This document shows positions 9,857-19,179 of a stretch of DNA of 64,000 nt, one piece after another. The notes under the pieces are model-generated. The model saw only the letters and a program-made list of their open reading frames with translations. It was not told the DNA's origin and ran no database searches. The stretch's first letter is position 1, and every line of letters starts with the position of its first letter. The position numbers and the translations under genes were made by a program. Source of the DNA: an uncultured bacterium (lineage in GTDB: Bacteria > Fidelibacterota > Marinisomatia > Marinisomatales > TCS56); the NCBI GenBank assembly GCA_964439935.1, contig CAYTPW010000005.1, positions 71,410 through 135,409 of the forward strand, given 5' to 3'.

Positions 9857-11917
9857 ATGATACCCACTGTAGATGATTTAAAGAGCGCACCACTTGCCCA
9901 TCGCTGCAATGAATTGTTCAATCCACCGGGATTGACCAATTTTCTGGGTACGATACAAGTAGCAGAGGGTTTGACCGGCATTCGGAGTGTAAATTTTCCT
10001 CCATTTTGTGGTTCGGATTTAATAACCGCCGGTCTGTATCTTGATAACCGCTATTTCCCAACTCTAAATTTGCCGGTAACCTATACTTGGTATCCGGATC
10101 GAATTAAACGATCCTGCGAATACAAAGGATTACTACTTGTTTCTGTTACCTCATTGGTAGTTGGCAAATCAGCGGTGATTATTCGATTATTAATCAAGAA
10201 TCAACGCGGTACTGAAGCAGCTTTGCGATTGGGATTGCGTTTCCAGGGTGGCGTTACTCGATCTCTGAACAAATGGGCTGATTTCATGCCACCCAGTGAG
10301 AATGATAATCAGGTGGAAATTGATGAATCCCGGAAAGCTCTGTTATTCACGGCGCGTCACAGTGAAGCCTGTATATTACAGGGTTTGGTCTCAGATTCAG
10401 TGGTTATGGATCGACAAGGAGGCAACATTTCAATTGTACTTCCCGCTGGATCAAGTAAAGAAATATCTATTATCTATATCTTAGGGCAAACCGCCCAAAC
10501 AGTTCAAACTGAATACGAAACCATTGCCAGTGATATTTCTGGTCAGTTACAGCGCAGTCGCTCATACTGGGATGCCGAGTTGAAAGCAGTTTTTACTCCC
10601 GGGAATAATCGCTATTCCGGATCATTGCCAGAATTGGAAATCGATGATACAGCCATTCAGAATTTATATAATACCGGTATTTTAGGGGTTATTTATTTCA
10701 AACGCGACAATCCGTATTCAGTTTATGGGCGGGCATACGATACGCTATTACCGCGTTACTGGCAAACAGTTACATTTATCTGGGACTATTCACTCAGTTC
10801 AAATGTTCATGCTCTCCTTGATCCGGAAGTTCTGCGAAAATATCTGGAATACTGGATGGGTAAAGATATCCATCAGCATTTTGGCACCGATTATCTGACC
10901 GGAGGATTGGTGGGTCCTTGGTATTCCGTTAATGATTATGCCATGCTGCGAATGTCCAATGACTATCTGCGCTGGTCGGGAAAAACTGATTGGTTGGATC
11001 AGAACATATCGTTTGATCGATCTACAATCGATTATCTGGAGGAATACGCTGGTTATTGGCGCAATTTTAAATCTGATGCCGGGCTGGCTGATTATGGTGG
11101 GATCGATAATCTGTTGGAGTGTGTGAGTACCTATGTCCATCAAATTGCCAGTTTGAACGCCGGCAATGTTTACAATCTCAGGTTTATCGCAGAATTACTA
11201 GCCGCCCGAGGTAAGAAAGATGAGGGCAATGTTTTACTAGCCGAAGCCGATGAATTATTAAATCGGATCCAGGAATTATATGTTAAAGGCGGTGGATTTT
11301 GGAAAGCACGCCAGCCCGATGGGCAGGAGACTGAAGTACGCCACTGTTATGATTTTATCACGGTGCTTAAAACGATTGAGCAGGATTTATCAGCTCAACA
11401 ACGTACCGAAATGATGCACTATTTTATTGAAGAGCTCCAGACAAAAAACTGGATCAGAGCCTTATCACCTAAAGATCAGGATGCAATTTTCAGTGTGCGA
11501 CCGGATCACCAGTGGAATGGAGCCTATCCGGCCTGGCCCGCACAAGCGGTGAGCGGACTATATCGACTGGGACATCCAGACTTGGCTTATGAATGGATGC
11601 AGGGGTTGGCTGAATCAGCCAACCAGGGTCCCTTTGGACAGGCGCATTTAGTAGAGACAGCTGCCCCACCGGAGGCTGGTGGTGCGCGAAAAGCTCACTA
11701 TGAAATGCCCTATCTTACTGATTGGGCGGTCTCATCAGGTGGAAGCTGGGTGGATATCATTATCGAAGCCATTTTTGGAGTGAAGGCCAGTATTTATAAT
11801 GGGATCTCCGCTCAACCTCAATTTGGGCCTTTTGATTCAAATGCAGAATTACACAATTTAGCCTACCAGGGAAAACTATACAGCGTAAACCGAAACGGGA
11901 TTAAACCAAGCGAATGA
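9857..11917 (+). CDS. putative six-hairpin (alpha/alpha)6 glycoside hydrolase, family unassigned
   Basis: N-terminal beta-rich domain plus helical domain with TFIWDY, YSVNDY, NLLECV..H..ASLNA, RPDHQWNGAYPAWP; located within the glycan locus. Confidence 0.55.
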   Translation: MIPTVDDLKSAPLAHRCNELFNPPGLTNFLGTIQVAEGLTGIRSVNFPPFCGSDLITAGLYLDNRYFPTLNLPVTYTWYPDRIKRSCEYKGLLLVSVTSLVVGKSAVIIRLLIKNQRGTEAALRLGLRFQGGVTRSLNKWADFMPPSENDNQVEIDESRKALLFTARHSEACILQGLVSDSVVMDRQGGNISIVLPAGSSKEISIIYILGQTAQTVQTEYETIASDISGQLQRSRSYWDAELKAVFTPGNNRYSGSLPELEIDDTAIQNLYNTGILGVIYFKRDNPYSVYGRAYDTLLPRYWQTVTFIWDYSLSSNVHALLDPEVLRKYLEYWMGKDIHQHFGTDYLTGGLVGPWYSVNDYAMLRMSNDYLRWSGKTDWLDQNISFDRSTIDYLEEYAGYWRNFKSDAGLADYGGIDNLLECVSTYVHQIASLNAGNVYNLRFIAELLAARGKKDEGNVLLAEADELLNRIQELYVKGGGFWKARQPDGQETEVRHCYDFITVLKTIEQDLSAQQRTEMMHYFIEELQTKNWIRALSPKDQDAIFSVRPDHQWNGAYPAWPAQAVSGLYRLGHPDLAYEWMQGLAESANQGPFGQAHLVETAAPPEAGGARKAHYEMPYLTDWAVSSGGSWVDIIIEAIFGVKASIYNGISAQPQFGPFDSNAELHNLAYQGKLYSVNRNGIKPSE

Positions 11918-13251
11918 CCAGGATAATGATTATAAAAAGAAAAATCACATATTTGATTTGTATGCGATTGCGACAGCTTACGACAAGCCTGCTCATTGGA
12001 TTGTTAATTCTGTCATTCAAATCCTGTTCAATATATACCCAAACGCAGAAGAATGTTAAGATGAATAAAATTACTGATACCAGATTCATTGATTTTCAGC
12101 AGGAAATTGCCACCTTGAATGATCCTGCCGCGCGCCAGCGTATCGCGGATAGATTCATGGCAAAAATTGAGACTGGGAATTACCCGATTATTGAAAATGA
12201 TACAACCGTGGTTTTATTGTATCAGGGTGATGATGACGCCATATCCATAACCGGTGATATGAATGAGTGGGTGAAATCAATCCCTTACAAAAAGATACCC
12301 GGGACTGATCTTTTTTATCTGCGCCTTACAGTTGAACGGGATACCAGAATGGAGTATTGGCTGCTGCCCCAATCCGGTGCAATGTTTGCCACTGATGAAC
12401 TAAATCCTTATCAAGTTTGGAATGGCTTCGGCCCGGTGTCAGAGCTGGCTATGCCCGGCTACCAGCGTCATCCTTATTTCGATGAATTTAAATTTGGTAA
12501 AAAATGGGACCCTGTTTCCCTGGATGTGTTTGAAATGCCGCCGGGAATTCTGGATTATTCGCGTCAAATTCATGTTTATCTACCACCTGGCTATGAACAG
12601 GGGACAGGTGAATATCCGACAATATATATACAGGATGGTCTTGATTATGTGGAGTACGCAATCGTACCTGGTGTTCTCGATCGTTTGATTGCCGATAAAA
12701 AAATCAAACCGTTAATAGCTGTTTTTGTTACTCCACCTAATCGTCACTTACCAGAAATGCCAAATCGAATGACCGAATATGGAATGAATGATGATTATGT
12801 GGATTTCATGTGTGATGAACTGATTCCAGCGATTGACTCTCGTTATCGGGCAATTAATTCAGCTGCATCGCGGTTGGTTGTTGGTGATTCATACGGCGGT
12901 TTGATTTCCTTGTATATTGGCTTTAAGCGGCCGGATATATTTGGCCTGGCTTATAGTCAATCAGGGTACCATTCATTCCAGGATGACAGGATAATTAAGC
13001 AGTTTAAAGCTGCCGATAAACAACCATTGAGATTATATGTCGATGTTGGAAAATATGAGCATTATATAGGTGGTGATCTGCTACCAGCCAGTGATGTCGA
13101 TTTCCTGGCTGCAAATCGTAGATTGAATATGGTCCTGGAAACAAAGGATTATGACATTGTTTATCGTGAGTATCCTGAAGGTCATACCTGGGGCAATTGG
13201 CGCCGTCATCTGATCGATGCCCTGATCCATTTTTTTGGGGTAGATGAATGA
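11914..13251 (+). CDS. alpha/beta-hydrolase esterase (Fes/PF00756-like) with N-terminal Ig/CBM48-like domain
   Basis: ITGDMNEW, VYLPPGY, QDG, GDSYGG nucleophile elbow, EGHTWGNW. True start may be a little downstream. Confidence 0.85.
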   Translation: MTRIMIIKRKITYLICMRLRQLTTSLLIGLLILSFKSCSIYTQTQKNVKMNKITDTRFIDFQQEIATLNDPAARQRIADRFMAKIETGNYPIIENDTTVVLLYQGDDDAISITGDMNEWVKSIPYKKIPGTDLFYLRLTVERDTRMEYWLLPQSGAMFATDELNPYQVWNGFGPVSELAMPGYQRHPYFDEFKFGKKWDPVSLDVFEMPPGILDYSRQIHVYLPPGYEQGTGEYPTIYIQDGLDYVEYAIVPGVLDRLIADKKIKPLIAVFVTPPNRHLPEMPNRMTEYGMNDDYVDFMCDELIPAIDSRYRAINSAASRLVVGDSYGGLISLYIGFKRPDIFGLAYSQSGYHSFQDDRIIKQFKAADKQPLRLYVDVGKYEHYIGGDLLPASDVDFLAANRRLNMVLETKDYDIVYREYPEGHTWGNWRRHLIDALIHFFGVDE

Positions 13252-14176
13252 GGAGGAACCCGGAATGCGAATAGGGATAGATTTTGGCGGCACAAATGTT
13301 AAAATGGGTATTTTTGAAGAGGATGGAGCGGAGATTCGATTCGAAGAATTCAAAGTGAAAGAACTGGAAGCTGCCGATGAATTTGTTCCCGCTCTGATCA
13401 CACGGGTAATCCAGTTTGTTCAGGGTCAAGCCTTGAGTAGCGGCGGTCTGGCCTCCAAGGGTTTGGTAGATCGCAATCAAGGTATTATTCTTGATGATAT
13501 CGGAGCGGGCACATTGCTGGGTGAATTAAATATCAGGGATGAGTTTCAAAGTGCTTTGGGTATCCCTTTCATCGTTGATAACGATGCCCGCGCTTACGCC
13601 TGGGGCGAGGCCGCATTCGGTGCTGGTCGGGGATATGATACCATTGTATGTATGACGCTGGGAACCGGGCTGGGCTGTGCCCTGGTAAAAGATGGACAAC
13701 CATATGAAGGCTCCGATCCTTTAGGTGGATTACTGGGTGGTCATATCAGCATAGATCGAAACGGTTCCCACTGCTCTTGTGGGAATACTGGCTGTCTCGA
13801 GTTATTTTGTTCGGCCACCGCGTTGCATAAAATGATTCGCAGCCAGCATAGTGAATTATTGGGTCCCGCCGATCCTTTGCCGATTTACTTCCAGTCTGCT
13901 GCCGAGCGGAAACAACCTTATTGGGATACTTTCCGGAAATTTCAGCTCAATCTTGCAATTGGAATTGTGAATGTGATACACGCCTATGGCCCGGAGGCCG
14001 TAATTCTTGGCGGTGGCGTCATGAATAGTGCTGATGTAATTATACCGGGTGTGGCCAAACTGGTTAAAGAAATGGGCTGGACTTACCCTCGGGGTAAAGT
14101 AAAAATTTTGGCTTCTGAACTTGGCAACCATGCAGCTGCTAAGGGTATCGCTTTTCACCCATTACTCCAGCTGTGA
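13244..14176 (+). CDS. ROK-family sugar kinase
   Basis: GIDFGGTN, DNDARA, TLGTGLG, GH..CSCGNTGCLE zinc motif; no HTH. Confidence 0.9.
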   Translation: MNEEEPGMRIGIDFGGTNVKMGIFEEDGAEIRFEEFKVKELEAADEFVPALITRVIQFVQGQALSSGGLASKGLVDRNQGIILDDIGAGTLLGELNIRDEFQSALGIPFIVDNDARAYAWGEAAFGAGRGYDTIVCMTLGTGLGCALVKDGQPYEGSDPLGGLLGGHISIDRNGSHCSCGNTGCLELFCSATALHKMIRSQHSELLGPADPLPIYFQSAAERKQPYWDTFRKFQLNLAIGIVNVIHAYGPEAVILGGGVMNSADVIIPGVAKLVKEMGWTYPRGKVKILASELGNHAAAKGIAFHPLLQL

Positions 14177-14203
14177 TGACTATGGAAATGATAACTGGGT
14201 ATA

Positions 14204-16048
14204 ATGGATAAATTCTCTAATATGGATCCGCTACAAGCTCCATTACCCGCCGAGTTGAAGGAATATTCCCGGGGATTATACAACTGTTTTCCAACGTTCC
14301 CGCTTGATGATAATATTATTTCTGAGAGTTATCAAAGTCTGGCCGAAACAGCTCAGACGCTTATTGAACAGGGTACAAGGGTTTTAGTAATTGATGGTTA
14401 CTATGGTATTGACTGGAATACTTTTCAGCGGGTACTGACGGAAAACCTAACCAAGCATGAGGTGAAATCCGACTGGCTGTCAGTAGCTGATTGTTACCGA
14501 GAGCAGGAAGCAATTGACCAAACCATTCAACCATTTCTGGGAGGTGATGATCCACTGTTTGGTACGCACTATCCCTTTGGGATGGAATTGTATTTTAATG
14601 TCAAAAAAATCGGGGAACTGCGGATCAGATCATCTATGTTGAGGGACAAAGAACCGGATACTCTGACGATCATATACGGATCCGGAGCCAGTTTGATTGA
14701 ACAATGGGATCAACTCTGGTACATCGATATACCGAAAGATATTTTACAGGAGCGAGTGCGAGCTGAGAACCTGCCCAATTTAGCTGTAACAGATACTGGC
14801 ACATTTAGAGAATTTTACAGGCGGGCATATTTCATCGATTGGCCGGCACAAAACCGACAGAAGCAACGCAATTTACCTGAGATTGATTTATTAATTGATC
14901 TGCAGATCCCGAAAAATCCGACATCAATTCGCGGTTCGGCATTCCGGCGGGCCTTACACATGATCTCAGAAGTACCATTTCGGGTTCGCCCCTGGTTTTA
15001 TCCTGGTCCCTGGGGTGGCAAATATATGCAGGGTCATATGGGTTTGGACCCGGCACAACCCAATTTTGCCTGGTCGTTTGAATTGATTGTACCCGAAAAC
15101 GGGATTGTACTGGCAAGTAGTGGGGTGCGACTTGAATTTTCCTTCGATTTTCTGATGTTCCAGGAAAATCATCGGATTCTGGGTAACACTGCAGCGCAGC
15201 GATTTCAGTATGAATGGCCCATTCGGTTGGATTATCTGGATACGATTGATGGGGGGAATCTATCGACTCAGATTCATCCGCGACCGAACTATATCCGAAA
15301 ACATTTTGGTGAAACTTATACCCAGGATGAGACCTATTATATCGCCAATACCAAACCGGAAGCTCGGGTTTATGTTGGACTGACGGAAGACTGTGATTTG
15401 GTAGAATTTCAGGAGGAATTGGAAAGATCCACTCGTACTGGTAGTTCGATCGATATTGATAAGTATGTAAACAGTGTGCCGGTGAAACCCCATGATTTGA
15501 TAATGATACCCAATGGTACCGTACATTGCAGTGGGATTGGGAATCTGGTATTGGAGATCAGCGCAACCCCGTACATATTCACTTTTAAGCTTTATGACTA
15601 CCTGCGCCGTGACCTGGATGGAAACTTGCGTCCGATAAATCTTAAACGTGCTTTTGCCAATATCCGACCTGATCGTCGGACTGAATTCATAAATAATAAT
15701 TATTTAGCAAAGCCACGGTTGTTGCGCAAAGGCAACGACTGGACTGAATATGTATTATATGATCGGCCGGAAACCTTTTACATAATCAATCGTCTGGAAT
15801 TTGGCACAACGGTTGATCTGGAAACTGAAGGAAATGCATTTGCAGTAAATCTGGTGGATGGTGAATGGATAGATGTTATAACCAGTAACGGTTTCAACAC
15901 CAGCCTGGCCCGGTTTGAGTCGATGATTATTCCAGCAGCCACTGGTAATTTCCAGGTGGTAAACCGAGGTGAATCCGCCTGCCAGCTTATATTAGTTTAT
16001 ATTCGATCAGATATTGGAGGGCATGGTGTTCTTAATAATCCAAAGTAA
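14204..16048 (+). CDS. class I mannose-6-phosphate isomerase-like protein (long form)
   Basis: PGPWGG, WSFEL, PIRLDYLDT..GGNLSTQIHP, QDETYY, GTVHCSG, LEISATP, FKLYD cupin motifs. Confidence 0.85.
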   Translation: MDKFSNMDPLQAPLPAELKEYSRGLYNCFPTFPLDDNIISESYQSLAETAQTLIEQGTRVLVIDGYYGIDWNTFQRVLTENLTKHEVKSDWLSVADCYREQEAIDQTIQPFLGGDDPLFGTHYPFGMELYFNVKKIGELRIRSSMLRDKEPDTLTIIYGSGASLIEQWDQLWYIDIPKDILQERVRAENLPNLAVTDTGTFREFYRRAYFIDWPAQNRQKQRNLPEIDLLIDLQIPKNPTSIRGSAFRRALHMISEVPFRVRPWFYPGPWGGKYMQGHMGLDPAQPNFAWSFELIVPENGIVLASSGVRLEFSFDFLMFQENHRILGNTAAQRFQYEWPIRLDYLDTIDGGNLSTQIHPRPNYIRKHFGETYTQDETYYIANTKPEARVYVGLTEDCDLVEFQEELERSTRTGSSIDIDKYVNSVPVKPHDLIMIPNGTVHCSGIGNLVLEISATPYIFTFKLYDYLRRDLDGNLRPINLKRAFANIRPDRRTEFINNNYLAKPRLLRKGNDWTEYVLYDRPETFYIINRLEFGTTVDLETEGNAFAVNLVDGEWIDVITSNGFNTSLARFESMIIPAATGNFQVVNRGESACQLILVYIRSDIGGHGVLNNPK

Positions 16049-16078
16049 TTACCGGATACGGAAAGGATTATCAATTAA

Positions 16079-17182
16079 ATGACTAAATCTGAGCCGAATA
16101 CATCATTTGTCAGTCTGAAAGGAATTGACAAATATTATGGTAAAACTGCGGTAATCCATAATATCAACCTGGATGTCTGGCAAGGTGAATTTTTGGTGCT
16201 GGTCGGTCCTTCAGGGTGTGGAAAATCAACAACATTACGCATAATAGCAGGCCTGGAAGAAATTTCCCATGGAGAATTATTCATAAATGGGCAATTGATG
16301 AATGATGTGGCACCCAAGGATCGCGATATTGCCATGGTATTTCAGAATTACGCATTGTATCCCCATATGACAGTCTATAAAAATATGGCTTTCGGATTGA
16401 AATTACGGAAATACACAACTGCAGAAATTGATCGACGAGTATCCGAAGCGGCCGCTATTCTTGAGATTGATGATTATCTGGATCGCCGCCCGAAGGACTT
16501 ATCAGGAGGAGAGCGGCAACGAGTTGCCCTTGGCCGGGCTATTGTTCGTAAACCAAATGTTTTTCTGTTCGATGAACCGTTATCAAATTTGGACGCTAAA
16601 CTAAGAATTCAGATGCGGGCCGAGATTAAGAAACTGCATAAGCGTTTACAGACAACCATGATTTACGTGACTCATGATCAAGTTGAAGCCATGACAATGG
16701 GCGACCGGGTTGTGGTGATGGAGGCCGGTTATATCCGTCAGATCGGTTCACCTCTGACCATCTATAAAAAACCGGAGCGGCAATTTGTAGCTGGTTTCAT
16801 TGGTTCACCACCGATGAATTTTTTCGAAGCGATTATTGATTCCAGTCCGGACTTGCGAATAAATGCGGATTCATTTTTCATTTCCTTACCGGATTCACTG
16901 CAAAAAAACTTACTACAGCTGCAAGGTCGAGAAGTTAGTGTAGGCATCCGGCCGGAAGATTTCATAATCGTTGATAAACCAGGCGAAATCAGCGCTATAG
17001 TTGAAGTTGTAGAACTCATGGGTAGTGATACTAACCTGCACCTGCGAGCCGGTGACTGGACATTCGTGGTTCGAACAACATCTGATCGGAATCATTCAAT
17101 TGGTGATGAGGTCAACCTTCAAGTAAAACCGGATAAACTCCATCTATTTTCAGCTGAAAACGGTGAGCGATTAATTGATTGA
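16079..17182 (+). CDS. ugpC: sugar ABC transporter ATP-binding protein (UgpC/MalK family)
   Basis: GPSGCGKST, VFQNYALYPHM, LSGGERQR, FDEPLSNLDAKLR, YVTHDQ, C-terminal TOBE. Confidence 0.93.
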   Translation: MTKSEPNTSFVSLKGIDKYYGKTAVIHNINLDVWQGEFLVLVGPSGCGKSTTLRIIAGLEEISHGELFINGQLMNDVAPKDRDIAMVFQNYALYPHMTVYKNMAFGLKLRKYTTAEIDRRVSEAAAILEIDDYLDRRPKDLSGGERQRVALGRAIVRKPNVFLFDEPLSNLDAKLRIQMRAEIKKLHKRLQTTMIYVTHDQVEAMTMGDRVVVMEAGYIRQIGSPLTIYKKPERQFVAGFIGSPPMNFFEAIIDSSPDLRINADSFFISLPDSLQKNLLQLQGREVSVGIRPEDFIIVDKPGEISAIVEVVELMGSDTNLHLRAGDWTFVVRTTSDRNHSIGDEVNLQVKPDKLHLFSAENGERLID

Positions 17183-17198
17183 TCTGGATAATTGGGAG

Positions 17199-19160
17199 AT
17201 GAGACAGGTGAGAATTTCCTCAATGATTTTTGCACTGATGCTGGTTTTTTCCGGCTGTCAATTTGACCAAATCGACCTGCCCGTTTCGTCACAACCGGGT
17301 GAAATCATTGATATATCGGTTGTCATATCGGACAGTATTGATGAGACCAATAATCCCCACCGGGGTGTGTTGTGTGTACTGCTGCCAGAGGACTGGGCGA
17401 TAATATCGGCGAACTATAACAGTACTGTAGGTTCTGGCAATATGGAGCTCACAGCAGCTTGGGCTGATTCAGCAGAAGCTTGTTATCCGGCAATTGAATT
17501 TGAGACAGGAATGGCCTGGCAGGCTTTGGTATCGGATACAGGTTATACATATTCCGACACTCCATCAGTAACAATTGAGATCTCAATTCAAGTGAGCAAT
17601 ACAGAAGGTTGCTTCGATCTTGCTTTTTTGGCCACGAAGGCAACGCAAGATTTGATTTGCCTTGGTGCTTCACCGTTTTCATATCCTCACCGGATTGGTG
17701 TACCCGACAGCTGTGGTACTCCGGAGGGAGCGTATGTTGAGCCAGCAACAGATTGGAGTGACCTTTTAGATCAAACATCGGGTTGGACCGGGTCAGATGC
17801 CGCCTATTCGATTCCTTTGTCGGGCTATGATAATCCAGGTGGCATTGATTTTCAGGGAAGCATTTTTGTCTTTGGTGACACTTTTATCGGGGAAGTTGAT
17901 TCCAACGACCAGCGCTATGACTTTTCCATGATCCGCAATACGATAGCATATTTGCCAACTATCAATCCGGATCGTGACAGTATTGATTTTATCTGGGACA
18001 CAACCAATTCCGGAAATCCAACTGCCCTGTTTACAGCCAATACACCTGATTCGGAACCGGGAGACTGGATCTGGCCTATGGATGGTATTGCTATAGCTGA
18101 TTCGGTTTTCGTTTATGGGCTCCGTTTACATGAAGAAGGTACAGGAATATTTGGATTTAAGGTTGTCGGTGTGACGCTTATATCGTTCGTCATGGATTCG
18201 ACCAATTCCATCAGTGGTCTGAGACATGTGGATGCACCGTTATTTTATGCTGACAGTATTGCTGGCACCCATACTGTTTTCGGGCAGGCAGTGATGCCGA
18301 TGACAGTTGAATCCGGTAATCCCAATCCGGATGGTTATATTTATATCTACGGACCAGAAAGTGGGGCCGGACAGAAAAAACTTATGGCAGCCCGTATATT
18401 ACCCGAGCATATCAGTGATTTCGATCAATATCGATTTTGGGATGGAGTTACCTGGTCAGCTGATATTACTTCTGCAGTTGAATTGACCAGGGGTATCTCC
18501 CAGGAATTCAGTGTGACTCCATTGGACGATGGTCAATTCATTGTGGTTTATATATTGGGCTCACAGGTGACAGTTCGTTTTGGAGACAGTCCAACGGGAC
18601 CTTTCAGAATCTATCAAAATATATATGATTGTCCGGAGACTTTCAATGATCCCAACATCATGGTCTACAATGCAAAGGCTCACCCCCATCTCTCGCAACC
18701 AGGCCAATTACTTATCAGTTATAATGTTAATACTTTTAGTCTGAGTGATTTAATTAATCATGCAGACATATACCGGCCCCGTTTTGTCACCTTGTTCTTC
18801 GACACTACATCAATAAATCTGGTAGAAACTCGGACTCACATTCCAGAAGCAGTCGTTCTCCATCAGAATTATCCCAATCCCTTTAATTCGTCAACCAGGA
18901 TTGCTTATTCGTTGGATCAGCGTTCGGATGTAAAACTGGCCATTTATGATTTATTGGGCCGGGAAGTGCGATCATTGCTGTCAACGACACGGGAACCCGG
19001 TGAATGGAGTATAGCTTGGGATGGTCTGAATAATGAGGGACAGGAAGTCAGTGCCGGAATATATCTATGTCAAATCAGAGTAACAGGTTTGTCGGCCATT
19101 AATGCCAGTAATAAAAAGCGTGCAAGACTGGAAAATCGGAAAATGATCTTATTAAAATAA
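17199..19160 (+). CDS. secreted DUF4185/DUF5005-family protein with DUF4961-like N-domain and T9SS type A CTD
   Basis: ORF 17175..19160, likely ATG 17199. FSGC; WTGSDAAYSIPL..FVFGDT; WIWP; QEFSV; YNAKAHP..LLISYNVN..YRPRF; QNYPNPFN..GIYL..KMILLK. Confidence 0.78.
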   Translation: MRQVRISSMIFALMLVFSGCQFDQIDLPVSSQPGEIIDISVVISDSIDETNNPHRGVLCVLLPEDWAIISANYNSTVGSGNMELTAAWADSAEACYPAIEFETGMAWQALVSDTGYTYSDTPSVTIEISIQVSNTEGCFDLAFLATKATQDLICLGASPFSYPHRIGVPDSCGTPEGAYVEPATDWSDLLDQTSGWTGSDAAYSIPLSGYDNPGGIDFQGSIFVFGDTFIGEVDSNDQRYDFSMIRNTIAYLPTINPDRDSIDFIWDTTNSGNPTALFTANTPDSEPGDWIWPMDGIAIADSVFVYGLRLHEEGTGIFGFKVVGVTLISFVMDSTNSISGLRHVDAPLFYADSIAGTHTVFGQAVMPMTVESGNPNPDGYIYIYGPESGAGQKKLMAARILPEHISDFDQYRFWDGVTWSADITSAVELTRGISQEFSVTPLDDGQFIVVYILGSQVTVRFGDSPTGPFRIYQNIYDCPETFNDPNIMVYNAKAHPHLSQPGQLLISYNVNTFSLSDLINHADIYRPRFVTLFFDTTSINLVETRTHIPEAVVLHQNYPNPFNSSTRIAYSLDQRSDVKLAIYDLLGREVRSLLSTTREPGEWSIAWDGLNNEGQEVSAGIYLCQIRVTGLSAINASNKKRARLENRKMILLK

Positions 19161-19179
19161 TTGAAATTGAACCTGGCGA

